From Actinomycetota bacterium (GTDB lineage Bacteria; Actinomycetota; UBA4738; CALAEC01), in NCBI GenBank assembly GCA_050693275.1, contig JBOGWD010000308.1:1-44738 (forward strand): a stretch of DNA of 44,738 bases. Reading direction: 5' to 3'. The notes beneath the pieces are model-generated. The model searched no databases and was not told the DNA's origin. It saw only the letters and a program-made list of their open reading frames with translations. Position numbers and translations under genes: made by a program. This document shows positions 8,932-17,545 of this stretch, piece by piece. How positions within the stretch are numbered: position 1 is the stretch's first letter; each line of letters begins with the position of its first letter.

Positions 8932-10773
8932 CTAGGAAGGACCCCGGCCAGACCCCTGGGCGGTGCGCTCGGCCTCGGTGATGGCCCAGGCCGCGTTGAC
9001 CAGCCCGATGTGGCTAAAAGCCTGGGGGAAGTTGCCCAGGAGCTCGCCGGTGGCCGGGTCGACCTCCTCGGCGAGGAGCCCGACGTCGTTGACGTACGCG
9101 ATGGCCCGCTCGAACGTGGCCCGGGCCCGGTCCACCTCCCCGGCCATGGCCTGGGCCTGGGCCAGCCAGAACGTGCACAGCAGGAAGGTCCCCTCCTCGC
9201 CGGGAAGGCCGTCGTGAGCCAGGTACCGGAACACCAGCCCTCGGTCGTCGGTGAGCCGCTCCGCGGTGGCGTCGATGGTGGCCATCATCTTTGGATCGGA
9301 GGCCGGGAGGAACCCCACGATCGGCATCATCAGGTTGGAGGCGTCCAGGGCGTCCGAGCCGAAGAACTGGGTGAACGCGCCGGCCTCGTTGCTCCACCCG
9401 TGCTCCAGGATCGCCGCCCGGATCTCTTCTCTGGTCTCGGTCCAGGCCTCGACCCGGTCCTTGGCGCGCAGCAGGCCGGCCATCTTCACCGCCCGGTCGA
9501 GGGCCGCCCAGCACATCAGCTTGGAGTACAGGAAGTCCCGCGGCTCGTCGCGCACCTCCCAGATGCCCTGGTCCTTCTCTTTCCACCGCGACGCCGCGGC
9601 CTCGGCCACGTCGATCAGGAATTCCCGGGTCTCCCTGGTGATCGCTCCGAGCTGCTCGGACATCCGGTGGGCGGCGCTGAGGAGCTCGCCGTACACGTCG
9701 ATCTGCCGCTGGTTCCAGGCCCCGTTGCCCACCCGGACCGGCGCGCTGTCGCGCCACCCCGGGAGGTGGGCAAGCTCGCGTTCGGTCAGGTCGTGCTCCC
9801 CGCCGACCCCGAACATGATCTGGAGGTCCGATCCCCGTCGCACGGACGCCGCCGCGGCGCCGGCCATCCACGAGAAGAACTCCTGGGCCTCGTCACGGCA
9901 GGCGGCCACCCACAACGCCTCCATGGTGAGGCTGGCGTCCCGGACCCAGGCGTACCGATAGTCCCAGTTCCGCACCCCGCCCACCGTCTCGGGAAGCGAG
10001 GTCGTGGGAGCGGCGATGATCGCTCCGGTCGGCTGGAACGTCAGGGCCTGGAGGACGGTCCCCGAGTGGTACACCAGATCGTTCCACAGTCCGTCGTAGT
10101 TCTGGTGCGACTCGGACCACGCCAGCCAAGCCCGAGTGGTCCGCTCGATCCGTCGCCCGATCTCCCGTTGATCGAAGTACCGGGGCCGCTTCTCCCACGA
10201 GGCCCGACGGTGGAGTGCGAATGCGGCCGACTCACCCTCTCGCAGCGTGAGCCGGGCGGTGGCCCGGGAGTCCTCGGCGATGTCCATGGAGACCGGGCTG
10301 GACAGAGCCAGGAGGGCGGCCCCGCCCCGGGCGCTCACACCACGCCGGGCCTCGGCCATCACCGGGTGGATCAGCCCGTACTCGGTCCGGGGCGCGTACT
10401 CCACCTCCAGCACGACCTCCCCCCGGTCGCAGGTGGCCCGGCGGAGCACGACGTGGTCGGCCTTGGCACCCAGGTCGTGTCCACCCTCGTTCGGGCCGGT
10501 GTCCATGGCGTCGACCAGGGTCACCTGCCCTTCCGGGGTGCGGAACGTGGTCTCCAGGACCATGGTCCGATCCCGGTACCGCCGGGTGACCTCGGTGTCC
10601 CCGGCGGGCCGGATCGACCAGTGGCCGGCGTCCTCCCCGAGGATCCGGGTGAACACCGCCTGCCCGTCGAACCGGGGGAAGCACAGCCAGTCGATCGAGC
10701 CGGCCTTGTCGACCAATGCCGCGGAGCGGCAGTCGGAGAGGAGCGCGTAGTCGGCGATCGGGGTCCGGCTCAC
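8932..10773 (-). CDS. Glycoside hydrolase family 15 (glucoamylase/trehalase-like)
   Basis: 613 aa. N-terminus IADYALLSDCRSAALVDKAGSIDWLCFPRFD; also NWDYRYAWVRDAS. GTG start lies 3 nt after the hemQ stop. Confidence 0.9.
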   Translation of the reverse strand: MSRTPIADYALLSDCRSAALVDKAGSIDWLCFPRFDGQAVFTRILGEDAGHWSIRPAGDTEVTRRYRDRTMVLETTFRTPEGQVTLVDAMDTGPNEGGHDLGAKADHVVLRRATCDRGEVVLEVEYAPRTEYGLIHPVMAEARRGVSARGGAALLALSSPVSMDIAEDSRATARLTLREGESAAFALHRRASWEKRPRYFDQREIGRRIERTTRAWLAWSESHQNYDGLWNDLVYHSGTVLQALTFQPTGAIIAAPTTSLPETVGGVRNWDYRYAWVRDASLTMEALWVAACRDEAQEFFSWMAGAAAASVRRGSDLQIMFGVGGEHDLTERELAHLPGWRDSAPVRVGNGAWNQRQIDVYGELLSAAHRMSEQLGAITRETREFLIDVAEAAASRWKEKDQGIWEVRDEPRDFLYSKLMCWAALDRAVKMAGLLRAKDRVEAWTETREEIRAAILEHGWSNEAGAFTQFFGSDALDASNLMMPIVGFLPASDPKMMATIDATAERLTDDRGLVFRYLAHDGLPGEEGTFLLCTFWLAQAQAMAGEVDRARATFERAIAYVNDVGLLAEEVDPATGELLGNFPQAFSHIGLVNAAWAITEAERTAQGSGRGPS

Positions 10774-10776
10774 CGC

Positions 10777-11433
10777 TCAGGCCAGATCCGCGACGACTTC
10801 CTCCAGCGGCTTGCGGATCCCGATGACGAAGGGGACCTCCTCCTTGGTGTACCGGCGGGTGGCGGAGTCCCGGAGGCGGCGGATGCAGTCCACGATCCGG
10901 TGCAGCTCGTCCGCCTCGAACGCCAGGATCCACTCCCAGTCGCCCAGGCCGAACGCGCTGGTGGTGTTGGGCAGCACGTCGGGGAACTCCCGGCCCATCT
11001 CACCGTGCTCCTTGAGCAGCGCGGCGCGCTCCTCGGCGGGCATCAGGTACCACTCCGCGGTCCTGACGAACGGGTACACGCACAGGTACTTCCGGGGCTC
11101 CTCGCCGCGGAGGAACGCCGGTTGGTGCTGGGGGTTGAACTCCGGGGGACGGACAGCGCCCAGGAAGGCCTCACTGAGCTCCACCGTCCGGCCCAGCGCG
11201 GTGCGGCGGAGCCGGATCAACAGGTCCTGAACGTCGTCGGCCGACGGCGCCACCCACCACATCAGGAGGTCGGCGTCGGGGCGGAATCCCTCGGCGCTGT
11301 AGAACCCCCGCACCGAGACCCGGTCGGCGAACTCCTTGAACAGCACCTCCCACTCGTGGGCGGCTCCGCCGGGGTCCTCCGGTGGGTCCAGCCGGCGGAA
11401 CACCGGGTAGTACGCATACGTGGTCTCGGCCAT
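10777..11433 (-). CDS. hemQ: Coproheme decarboxylase (chlorite-dismutase family, HemQ/ChdC)
   Basis: MAETTYAYYPVF...YLCVYPFVRTAEWYLMP...FGLGDWEWILAFEAD. The ATG overlaps the hemH stop (TGATG). Confidence 0.88.
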   Translation of the reverse strand: MAETTYAYYPVFRRLDPPEDPGGAAHEWEVLFKEFADRVSVRGFYSAEGFRPDADLLMWWVAPSADDVQDLLIRLRRTALGRTVELSEAFLGAVRPPEFNPQHQPAFLRGEEPRKYLCVYPFVRTAEWYLMPAEERAALLKEHGEMGREFPDVLPNTTSAFGLGDWEWILAFEADELHRIVDCIRRLRDSATRRYTKEEVPFVIGIRKPLEEVVADLA

Positions 11434-12335
11434 CAGGACTCCTTCAGATGATCGCGCACCACCTGGGCCACCGCTCGGATGAACTCCGGGTCGGCGTTGG
11501 GGGTGTGGGTGCGTACCAGCGGGATCCCGGCCTCCCGGGCGGCGGTCCGGGCCTCGATGTCCACGTCGTACAGGACCTCGAGATGGTCGGCGGTGAACCC
11601 ACACGGACAGGAGATCACCGCGGTGTGGCCCTCGGCGGCGGCCTTGGCCACCACCTCCTCCAGCGGCGGGCCCAGCCACGGCTCCGGGGTCCGGCCGGCG
11701 CTCTGCCACGCGGTGCGGTACCGCTCCAAGCCCAGCCGCGCGGCAACGGCCTCGGCGGTGGCCCGGAGCTGATCGGGATACGGATCGCCCTGGTCGACGA
11801 TCCGGGCGGGCAGGCTGTGCGCGGAGAAGATCACCAGGTCGTTGGCTCGCTCCTGCTCCGAGAGCTCCTCGCGTGCGGCCCGGACGCGTTCGGCTACCAC
11901 CTCGACGAACGCCGGGTGGCTGGCCCACGACTCGATCACGTCGATCCACATCCGACCCGGCCGGACCTTCTGGACCCGGTCGATGTAACCGCCGATCGAC
12001 ATCCTCGAGTAGTGCGGGGCCATCACGATCCCCACGGCCTTGATGATCCCGTCGGCCGCCATGGCGGCCACGGCGTCGGCCACGAACGGCTGGGAGTGCT
12101 TGTAGCCGACGTAGGCATTGAACTCGGACCCGAGCTCCGCCTCCAGGCCGGCGGCCTGCTCCCGGGTGATCCGATCCAGGGGAAAAGTGTTGCCGATGGC
12201 CGCGTACCGTCGCTTGAGGTCCTCGACCAGCTCGGGCGTGGGCGTTCGCCCGCCCCGGATGTCGGTGTAGTAGCGCTCGATGTCCTCGGGCCCGGCCGCC
12301 GTCCCGTACGCCATCACCAGGAGACCGGTGGTCAT
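11433..12335 (-). CDS. hemH: Ferrochelatase (coproporphyrin ferrochelatase type)
   Basis: GLLVMAYGTAAGPEDIERYYTDIRGGR...FSAHSLP...CPCGFTADHLEVLYDVD. Confidence 0.9.
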   Translation of the reverse strand: MTTGLLVMAYGTAAGPEDIERYYTDIRGGRTPTPELVEDLKRRYAAIGNTFPLDRITREQAAGLEAELGSEFNAYVGYKHSQPFVADAVAAMAADGIIKAVGIVMAPHYSRMSIGGYIDRVQKVRPGRMWIDVIESWASHPAFVEVVAERVRAAREELSEQERANDLVIFSAHSLPARIVDQGDPYPDQLRATAEAVAARLGLERYRTAWQSAGRTPEPWLGPPLEEVVAKAAAEGHTAVISCPCGFTADHLEVLYDVDIEARTAAREAGIPLVRTHTPNADPEFIRAVAQVVRDHLKES

Positions 12336-13390
12336 CGGTGGGTCCGTTCGTGGACCAGGTCCACCAGCCGCTCCAGGTTCTCCGGCCGGGTGTCAGGGAA
12401 CACGCCGTGGCCGAGGTTGAACACGTGGCCCGGCCGCCGCGCGGCCCGGTCCAGCACCTTCACCGCCTTGGCGGCCAGAGTCTTCCACGGCGCCAGGCAG
12501 GCCGCGGGATCAAGGTTGCCCTGGATGCCGGTGTCGTGGCCGATCCGCTCCCAAGCCACGTCCAGCGGCACCCGCCAGTCCACCCCGACCACGTCGGCCC
12601 CGGCCTCCCGCTTCATCTCCAGCAGCTCGCCGGTGCCGGTCCCGAAGTGGATCAGCGGCACCCCGAGGTCTCGGAGTCCGGCGAAGATCCGGGTGCTGGC
12701 CGGGAGGACGTGCTCCCGGTAGTCGTCCCGATCCAGGACTCCGGCCCACGAGTCGAACAGTTGGAGCGCGTCCGCGCCGGCCTCCGCCTGGGCCCGGAGG
12801 TACGGGAGCACCACATTGACCGCCGCGTCCATCAGGCGCCGCCAAGTGTCGGGCTCGGCGTGCATCAGAGCCTTGGCGCGGGCAAAGTCCCGAGACGGTC
12901 CCCCCTCGATCAAGTAGGAGGCCAGGGTGAACGGCGCCCCGGCGAACCCGATCAGGGGAACCGAGAGCTCCTTCTTGAGGATGCGGATGGTCTCCAGGGT
13001 GTAGGGCACGTCCTCGGTGGGTTCCAGCGCCCTGAGGCGATCGATGTCCTGTTCAGAGCGGAACGGTTCCTCGATCTTGGGTCCCTCGTTGGCCACGATG
13101 CGGACGCCGACCCCGACGGCCGCCACCGGCACCATGATGTCGGAGAACAGGATCGCGGCGTCTACGTCCATCCGCCGAACCGGCTGGAGGGCGATCTCCG
13201 CAGCGGCCTCCGGGTCCCGGGTCAGCGTGAGGACGTCGGTGTCGCCCCGCAGCTTCCGGTACTCGGGGAGGTAGCGGCCCGCCTGGCGCATGAACCACAC
13301 CGGCGTAGCGTCCACAGGCTCCCGCCGGCAGGCCCGCAGGAACCGCTCGCGCACATGCGGACGCGCATCTTTCGAGGGATCCGGGGTCAT
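12332..13390 (-). CDS. hemE: Uroporphyrinogen decarboxylase
   Basis: PVWFMRQAGRYLPEYR, then FDSWAG and NLGHGV near the C-terminus. Confidence 0.93.
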   Translation of the reverse strand: MTPDPSKDARPHVRERFLRACRREPVDATPVWFMRQAGRYLPEYRKLRGDTDVLTLTRDPEAAAEIALQPVRRMDVDAAILFSDIMVPVAAVGVGVRIVANEGPKIEEPFRSEQDIDRLRALEPTEDVPYTLETIRILKKELSVPLIGFAGAPFTLASYLIEGGPSRDFARAKALMHAEPDTWRRLMDAAVNVVLPYLRAQAEAGADALQLFDSWAGVLDRDDYREHVLPASTRIFAGLRDLGVPLIHFGTGTGELLEMKREAGADVVGVDWRVPLDVAWERIGHDTGIQGNLDPAACLAPWKTLAAKAVKVLDRAARRPGHVFNLGHGVFPDTRPENLERLVDLVHERTHR

Positions 13391-13417
13391 CGAGGGGGAG
13401 TCTATCCGGGCGGGAAG

Positions 13418-13873
13418 CTACGAGCCCTTCCGCCACAACCGCACGTATCCGTCTCGGTGCACCGAAGCGTTCGGCGAAGTGGCCTGGTAGGGACCATCCA
13501 CACCCCACGCTCGACCCCGGGTGTCGAGGGACCACCTCCTCGCAGCGCCCGGGAACGACTCGCCAGAGACCCAGCTGACGTAGAAGGCCCACCGGCCGCC
13601 CGATGATCCCGCCAGGAAGGCGATCGAGCAGTAGCCGTGGACTCCCTTTGCCTCCCACCCCTCGACCACTGCCGACCCGAAGCTTTCGTCGGCAACCAGG
13701 GTGCGTACCGACTCGTTCTCCACACCGTTCCAGAACGAGGCACACTGCCTCCGGGTCGGTGGGAAGGAGAATTCCCCTCCGACACGGACACTGAAGATAA
13801 CGACAAGGATCCCGGCAGCGGCCACTCCGGCCAGGGTCCCGATGATGGGGCCGGCTCTCCTCTTTTCAGCCAT
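13418..13873 (-). CDS. Hypothetical N-terminally anchored protein
   Basis: Single N-terminal TM segment (IIGTLAGVAAAGILVVIF). High GC3 coding look. No recognisable family. Confidence 0.5.
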   Translation of the reverse strand: MAEKRRAGPIIGTLAGVAAAGILVVIFSVRVGGEFSFPPTRRQCASFWNGVENESVRTLVADESFGSAVVEGWEAKGVHGYCSIAFLAGSSGGRWAFYVSWVSGESFPGAARRWSLDTRGRAWGVDGPYQATSPNASVHRDGYVRLWRKGS

Positions 13874-13947
13874 CCCCTGATTGGACGCCCGGAAGGAGAC
13901 TCACGGCCGAGCGTCGAACAGATTAGGACCAACCTCAAGGAGGAACT

Positions 13948-16341
13948 GTGCGCCCGCGTCGTCTGGCCATCGCCGTCCTGGCGACCCTGTCTCTCATCCT
14001 TGCCTCTCCCTCGGCGGCCTCAGGGAATACTGGGGCACCGGTAGACCCCGACCTCCGGTCCCTCATCGCCCGGGTGGGCCCGGAGGGACACATCGCCGCG
14101 TTCGTCCACTTCGCCCCAAGCGTTCCGTACGCCAGGGGCGTGGAGGCCATCCGGGACGCCGGGGCCTCCGTCTCTGCCGACCTCCCCGCCGGCCACCTGG
14201 CGTACGCCTTCGGCCCCGTGGCGGCGTTCACCGCCCTGTCGGCCCGGCCGGAGGTGACGTTCCTGGAGCACGGCGGCACCGAGCCGCTGCTGCTGGAGAC
14301 GGCCACCTGGGCCACCCGGGTCCGGACGCTGTACGAGCCCACGGGCGGGCTGGACCTCACCGTGGAGGACGCCGACGGCGACCTCCTGAACGGTCAGGGA
14401 GTGGGAATCGCCATCGTGGACAGCGGCATCGACGCCACCCACCCGGACCTCCGGTGGGCCGGGTTCGGCGAGGAGGACCCCAAGACCATCAAGAACTTCA
14501 AGGTGCTGTGCACGATGCCCGACCTCTCAGACGCGGGGTGCATGGGAGGGATCGTCATGGAGGACGTCCCCGACTCCGACACCACCAGCGGGCACGGCAC
14601 CCACGTGGCCGGGATCTCAGCCGGAGACGGGACCGCCAGCGAGTCCGACGGAGACTCCACCACCACCGGCGACCGGATGTTCCGCGGCGTGGCCCCGGGA
14701 TCCAAGCTGTACGGGTTCGGGGCCGGCGAAGGACTGTCGATCTTCGTTCCCTCCGCGGCGGCGGCGTTCCAGTGGATCTACGACAACGGCCTGGAGCAGG
14801 ACCCGCCGATCCGGGTGGTCAACAACTCGTGGGGCGGCACGGGTGCTCACAACCCGGACCTGGCCATCAGCAAGCTCAGCAACGCGCTGATCCAGGACAA
14901 GGACATCACCGTGGTGTTCGCCGCCGGCAACGCCGGAGGCGACGGGAGCGCCATCTCAACCAACCCCTACGCCAACAACCCCACCCCGGGACTCATCAGC
15001 GCTGCCAACTACAGCGACGACGAGACCGGCAACCGGGACAACGCACTCGACGACACCTCCAGCCGGGGGAAGTCCGACCAGCCGGAGACGTGGCCCGACG
15101 TCTCTGCGCCGGGGACGCTCATCAACTCGACCTGCAAGCTCGCAACCGTGGCCTGCGGGGGAGCGGGGGTCACCCTCCACTACCCGCCCTTCTACACCTA
15201 TCTGTCCGGGACCTCGATGGCCGCGCCGCACACGGCGGGAGCGGCTGCCCTCCTGTACCAGGCCGACCCGGGCATCACCCCGGCCGAGGTGGAGGACGTT
15301 CTCGAGGACACCGCCCACAAGTACACGGCCGGGGCTCCGTACGAGGCCGACCCGGCCAACCCCGACGACACCTCTTCGTTCGACAAGGGCCACGGCCTCC
15401 TCGACGCCCGTCTGGCGACCCTGGAGACCCTGGGCCTCCCGGACGACTTCGGTACCGGCACCGGTGCCGCCGGCTCGCTGTCCACCGTCATCGCCGAGGA
15501 TGCGAGCGACGACCACCCGGTGGACTCCCTGGACATCGAGGAGGTCACCCTCACCGAGGACCCGGGGACCGGCACGGTCCGGGTGGACTGGGAGGTCCGG
15601 GGGACCTCGACGCCGCCCGCGCCCGGCAGCAGCATCCGGTACCTGCTGTACAACTCGATCGACGGGGTGTTCCGGATCTTGGGGGTCCAGTGGACGGGCA
15701 CCGGGGACCCGACCTGCTCCAACGACTCCACGCCCGGCTGCGTGGCCTCGCTCTCCGAGAACGTGTTCACCGCCGAGTATCCGGCCGCCGAGCTGGAAGC
15801 GTCGAGGGGGGGCGAGCTGTTCGACGCCTTCGCCGCCACGTTCGTGAGCCCCGGGGCGCTGTTCACCGGGGGGCCGTTCCGCGGAGGCGGGACGGAAGAC
15901 CGGGCGCCGGGCGGCGACGGGTCCACTGCAGTGACCCATCCGGCTCGCGGAGAGGAGCACGTGTTCGTGGCCCAGGAGCCGGCCCTCCCGGACCTCACCC
16001 TCGGGCCGAGCGACATCTCGTTCACCACCCGGAAGGAACAAGGAGCGGACGTGGTGACGGTGGTGGCCCGGATCCACAACGTCGGCGAGGCCGAGGCCTC
16101 CAACGTGGAGGTGCGGTTCGTGGCGAACGGCTCTGAGATCGGCCGGACCACCATCTCCAGCATCCCCGCAGGCGGCTCGGCGACCACTTCCCAGCTGTGG
16201 GGCAGCGTGAAGCACCAGCAAGGCTTCCACACCGTTGAGGTGACCGCCGATCCCGACGAGGAGATCGAGGAGGAGGACGACGCCAACAACACCGCGCAGC
16301 GGGTCGTGAAGGTCCGGGGGAACAAGATCAGGCCGCGGTAG
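13948..16341 (+). CDS. Secreted subtilisin-like (S8) serine protease with a C-terminal CARDB-like domain
   Basis: AAGGAGG then GTG start. Signal peptide ends ...ASPSAASG. Catalytic motifs: IVDSGID (Asp), HGTHVAG (His), GTSMAAPH (Ser). C-terminus: LPDLTLGPSDISF...VVARIHNVGEAEA... Confidence 0.92.
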   Translation: MRPRRLAIAVLATLSLILASPSAASGNTGAPVDPDLRSLIARVGPEGHIAAFVHFAPSVPYARGVEAIRDAGASVSADLPAGHLAYAFGPVAAFTALSARPEVTFLEHGGTEPLLLETATWATRVRTLYEPTGGLDLTVEDADGDLLNGQGVGIAIVDSGIDATHPDLRWAGFGEEDPKTIKNFKVLCTMPDLSDAGCMGGIVMEDVPDSDTTSGHGTHVAGISAGDGTASESDGDSTTTGDRMFRGVAPGSKLYGFGAGEGLSIFVPSAAAAFQWIYDNGLEQDPPIRVVNNSWGGTGAHNPDLAISKLSNALIQDKDITVVFAAGNAGGDGSAISTNPYANNPTPGLISAANYSDDETGNRDNALDDTSSRGKSDQPETWPDVSAPGTLINSTCKLATVACGGAGVTLHYPPFYTYLSGTSMAAPHTAGAAALLYQADPGITPAEVEDVLEDTAHKYTAGAPYEADPANPDDTSSFDKGHGLLDARLATLETLGLPDDFGTGTGAAGSLSTVIAEDASDDHPVDSLDIEEVTLTEDPGTGTVRVDWEVRGTSTPPAPGSSIRYLLYNSIDGVFRILGVQWTGTGDPTCSNDSTPGCVASLSENVFTAEYPAAELEASRGGELFDAFAATFVSPGALFTGGPFRGGGTEDRAPGGDGSTAVTHPARGEEHVFVAQEPALPDLTLGPSDISFTTRKEQGADVVTVVARIHNVGEAEASNVEVRFVANGSEIGRTTISSIPAGGSATTSQLWGSVKHQQGFHTVEVTADPDEEIEEEDDANNTAQRVVKVRGNKIRPR

Positions 16342-16396
16342 CCTCCGGTCCGCCAGAGCGTTTGCCATCACCGGCCGCCGGGTAGTTCACCGGTGC

Positions 16397-16726
16397 ATGG
16401 ACCGCTACCAGCAGCTCATCGAGAAGCGCGACGACGAGGGGCTCACCGACCAGGAGGCGGACGAGCTCGGGCGCCTGATGGCCGAGCGCCGGGGCAAGCA
16501 GTACGGGAACGCGGACGACCCTCCCGAGGACGTGGAGATCGAGCGGGTCGGCACGATGGAAGCCACCGAAGAGGACGTCGCCGAGCTGGAGAAGCAGAAG
16601 GAAGAGGAGAAGGCCCGGCAGGAGGAGAAGGCCGCCACCCCGCCCAAGGGCACCGAGCAGCGCCCCGAGGAGGTCCACCGCGCGGACCCTCCCAAACCGG
16701 GCACCGAAGGCGCCCCACCCGCCTGA
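16397..16726 (+). CDS. Hypothetical acidic, low-complexity protein
   Basis: ATG start and strong GC3 bias. E/D/K-rich, with no recognisable domain. Confidence 0.5.
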   Translation: MDRYQQLIEKRDDEGLTDQEADELGRLMAERRGKQYGNADDPPEDVEIERVGTMEATEEDVAELEKQKEEEKARQEEKAATPPKGTEQRPEEVHRADPPKPGTEGAPPA

Positions 16727-16729
16727 CCT

Positions 16730-17116
16730 TCAGTCCCGAATCTGTCGCAGGTCGAGGCCGACGCGTAGCCGCGACCACCTCCGGTCCGCCGTGAGGACCG
16801 GCTTCCCCAGCCGGGACCCGAGGGCCAGACAGGCCCGGTCGCCGAGCGAGAGCCCCATCTTGCGCGTGGCCGCCCGGAGCTCGGAGGCACCGACCGCATC
16901 GGTGCTGTCGAACGGAACAACGTCGAGGATCCGCTCGACCTCGGTGGCGATCCGGCCGGGATCCTCCCCCGCGTCGCCCAATACGGTGAGCGCCTCAGAT
17001 AGATTCACCGCGCTGATGACGGCCCCGGTAGCCAACGCCTCCGCGACCTGGTCGGCCCCTGGCTCACGGTGGAGGTACGCGAGCAACGCCGAGGCGTCGA
17101 GCACTACCGGGCTCAA
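16730..17116 (-). CDS. vapC: PIN-domain toxin VapC
   Basis: VVLDASALLAYL... and a C-terminal LTADRRW. The start overlaps the antitoxin stop (ATGA). Confidence 0.85.
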   Translation of the reverse strand: MSPVVLDASALLAYLHREPGADQVAEALATGAVISAVNLSEALTVLGDAGEDPGRIATEVERILDVVPFDSTDAVGASELRAATRKMGLSLGDRACLALGSRLGKPVLTADRRWSRLRVGLDLRQIRD

Positions 17117-17397
17117 GCGCCGCCCTCGGCCCGGACCTCGGCTCGCCGCTCCTCGATGAGCCGGTCCACCAGGCTGCTCCGCGGTGCCACGTGCCGGTAG
17201 GCGCCGAGCATCTCCTGGACGAGCGCCCGCCGGGAACGCAGGATGAGCCGATCTCCCTCCACCCAGGCGACCAGCTCGTCCCCGGGCTGGAGGCCGAGAG
17301 CCTTCCGGACCCTGGCCGGGATAACTGCGCGTCCCTGAGCCCCGAGCCTCAGATGGGACACCTTCTCCAATTCTGCCATGGTTTCAGCATATGCCAC
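17113..17397 (-). CDS. vapB: AbrB/SpoVT-fold antitoxin VapB
   Basis: LGAQGRAVIPARVRKALGLQPGDELV. GTG 17397 has AAGGAG 5 nt upstream; alternative ATG at 17379. Confidence 0.75.
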   Translation of the reverse strand: MAYAETMAELEKVSHLRLGAQGRAVIPARVRKALGLQPGDELVAWVEGDRLILRSRRALVQEMLGAYRHVAPRSSLVDRLIEERRAEVRAEGGA

Positions 17398-17545
17398 AAT
17401 ATCTCCTTGTGCCACCAGCTCCTTGTCCCGGGTCACGCTATCGGATGGCGGTGACACGAACCCGCTCTTGCGGAAGCACCCTCGTCGCGCATCGCCCCTG
17501 GTCAGCAGGGGTATGGACCGTGAAGCGTAGACTTGAGTTGAGACC

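Noticed and set aside
9010-11451. 813-aa plus-strand ORF across the GH15 and hemQ genes. Similar long ORFs occur at 13881-16136, 14956-16371, 31562-33295, 32635-34938 and 3199-4905.
   Set aside because: All lie opposite, or out of frame with, genes carrying clear family motifs. Their composition is typical of non-coding frames in high-GC genomes.
17497-17513. Hairpin CCCCTG-gtcag-CAGGGG between vapB and kgd.
   Set aside because: It is a short stem in a divergent promoter region with nothing to distinguish it from chance GC-rich self-complementarity.
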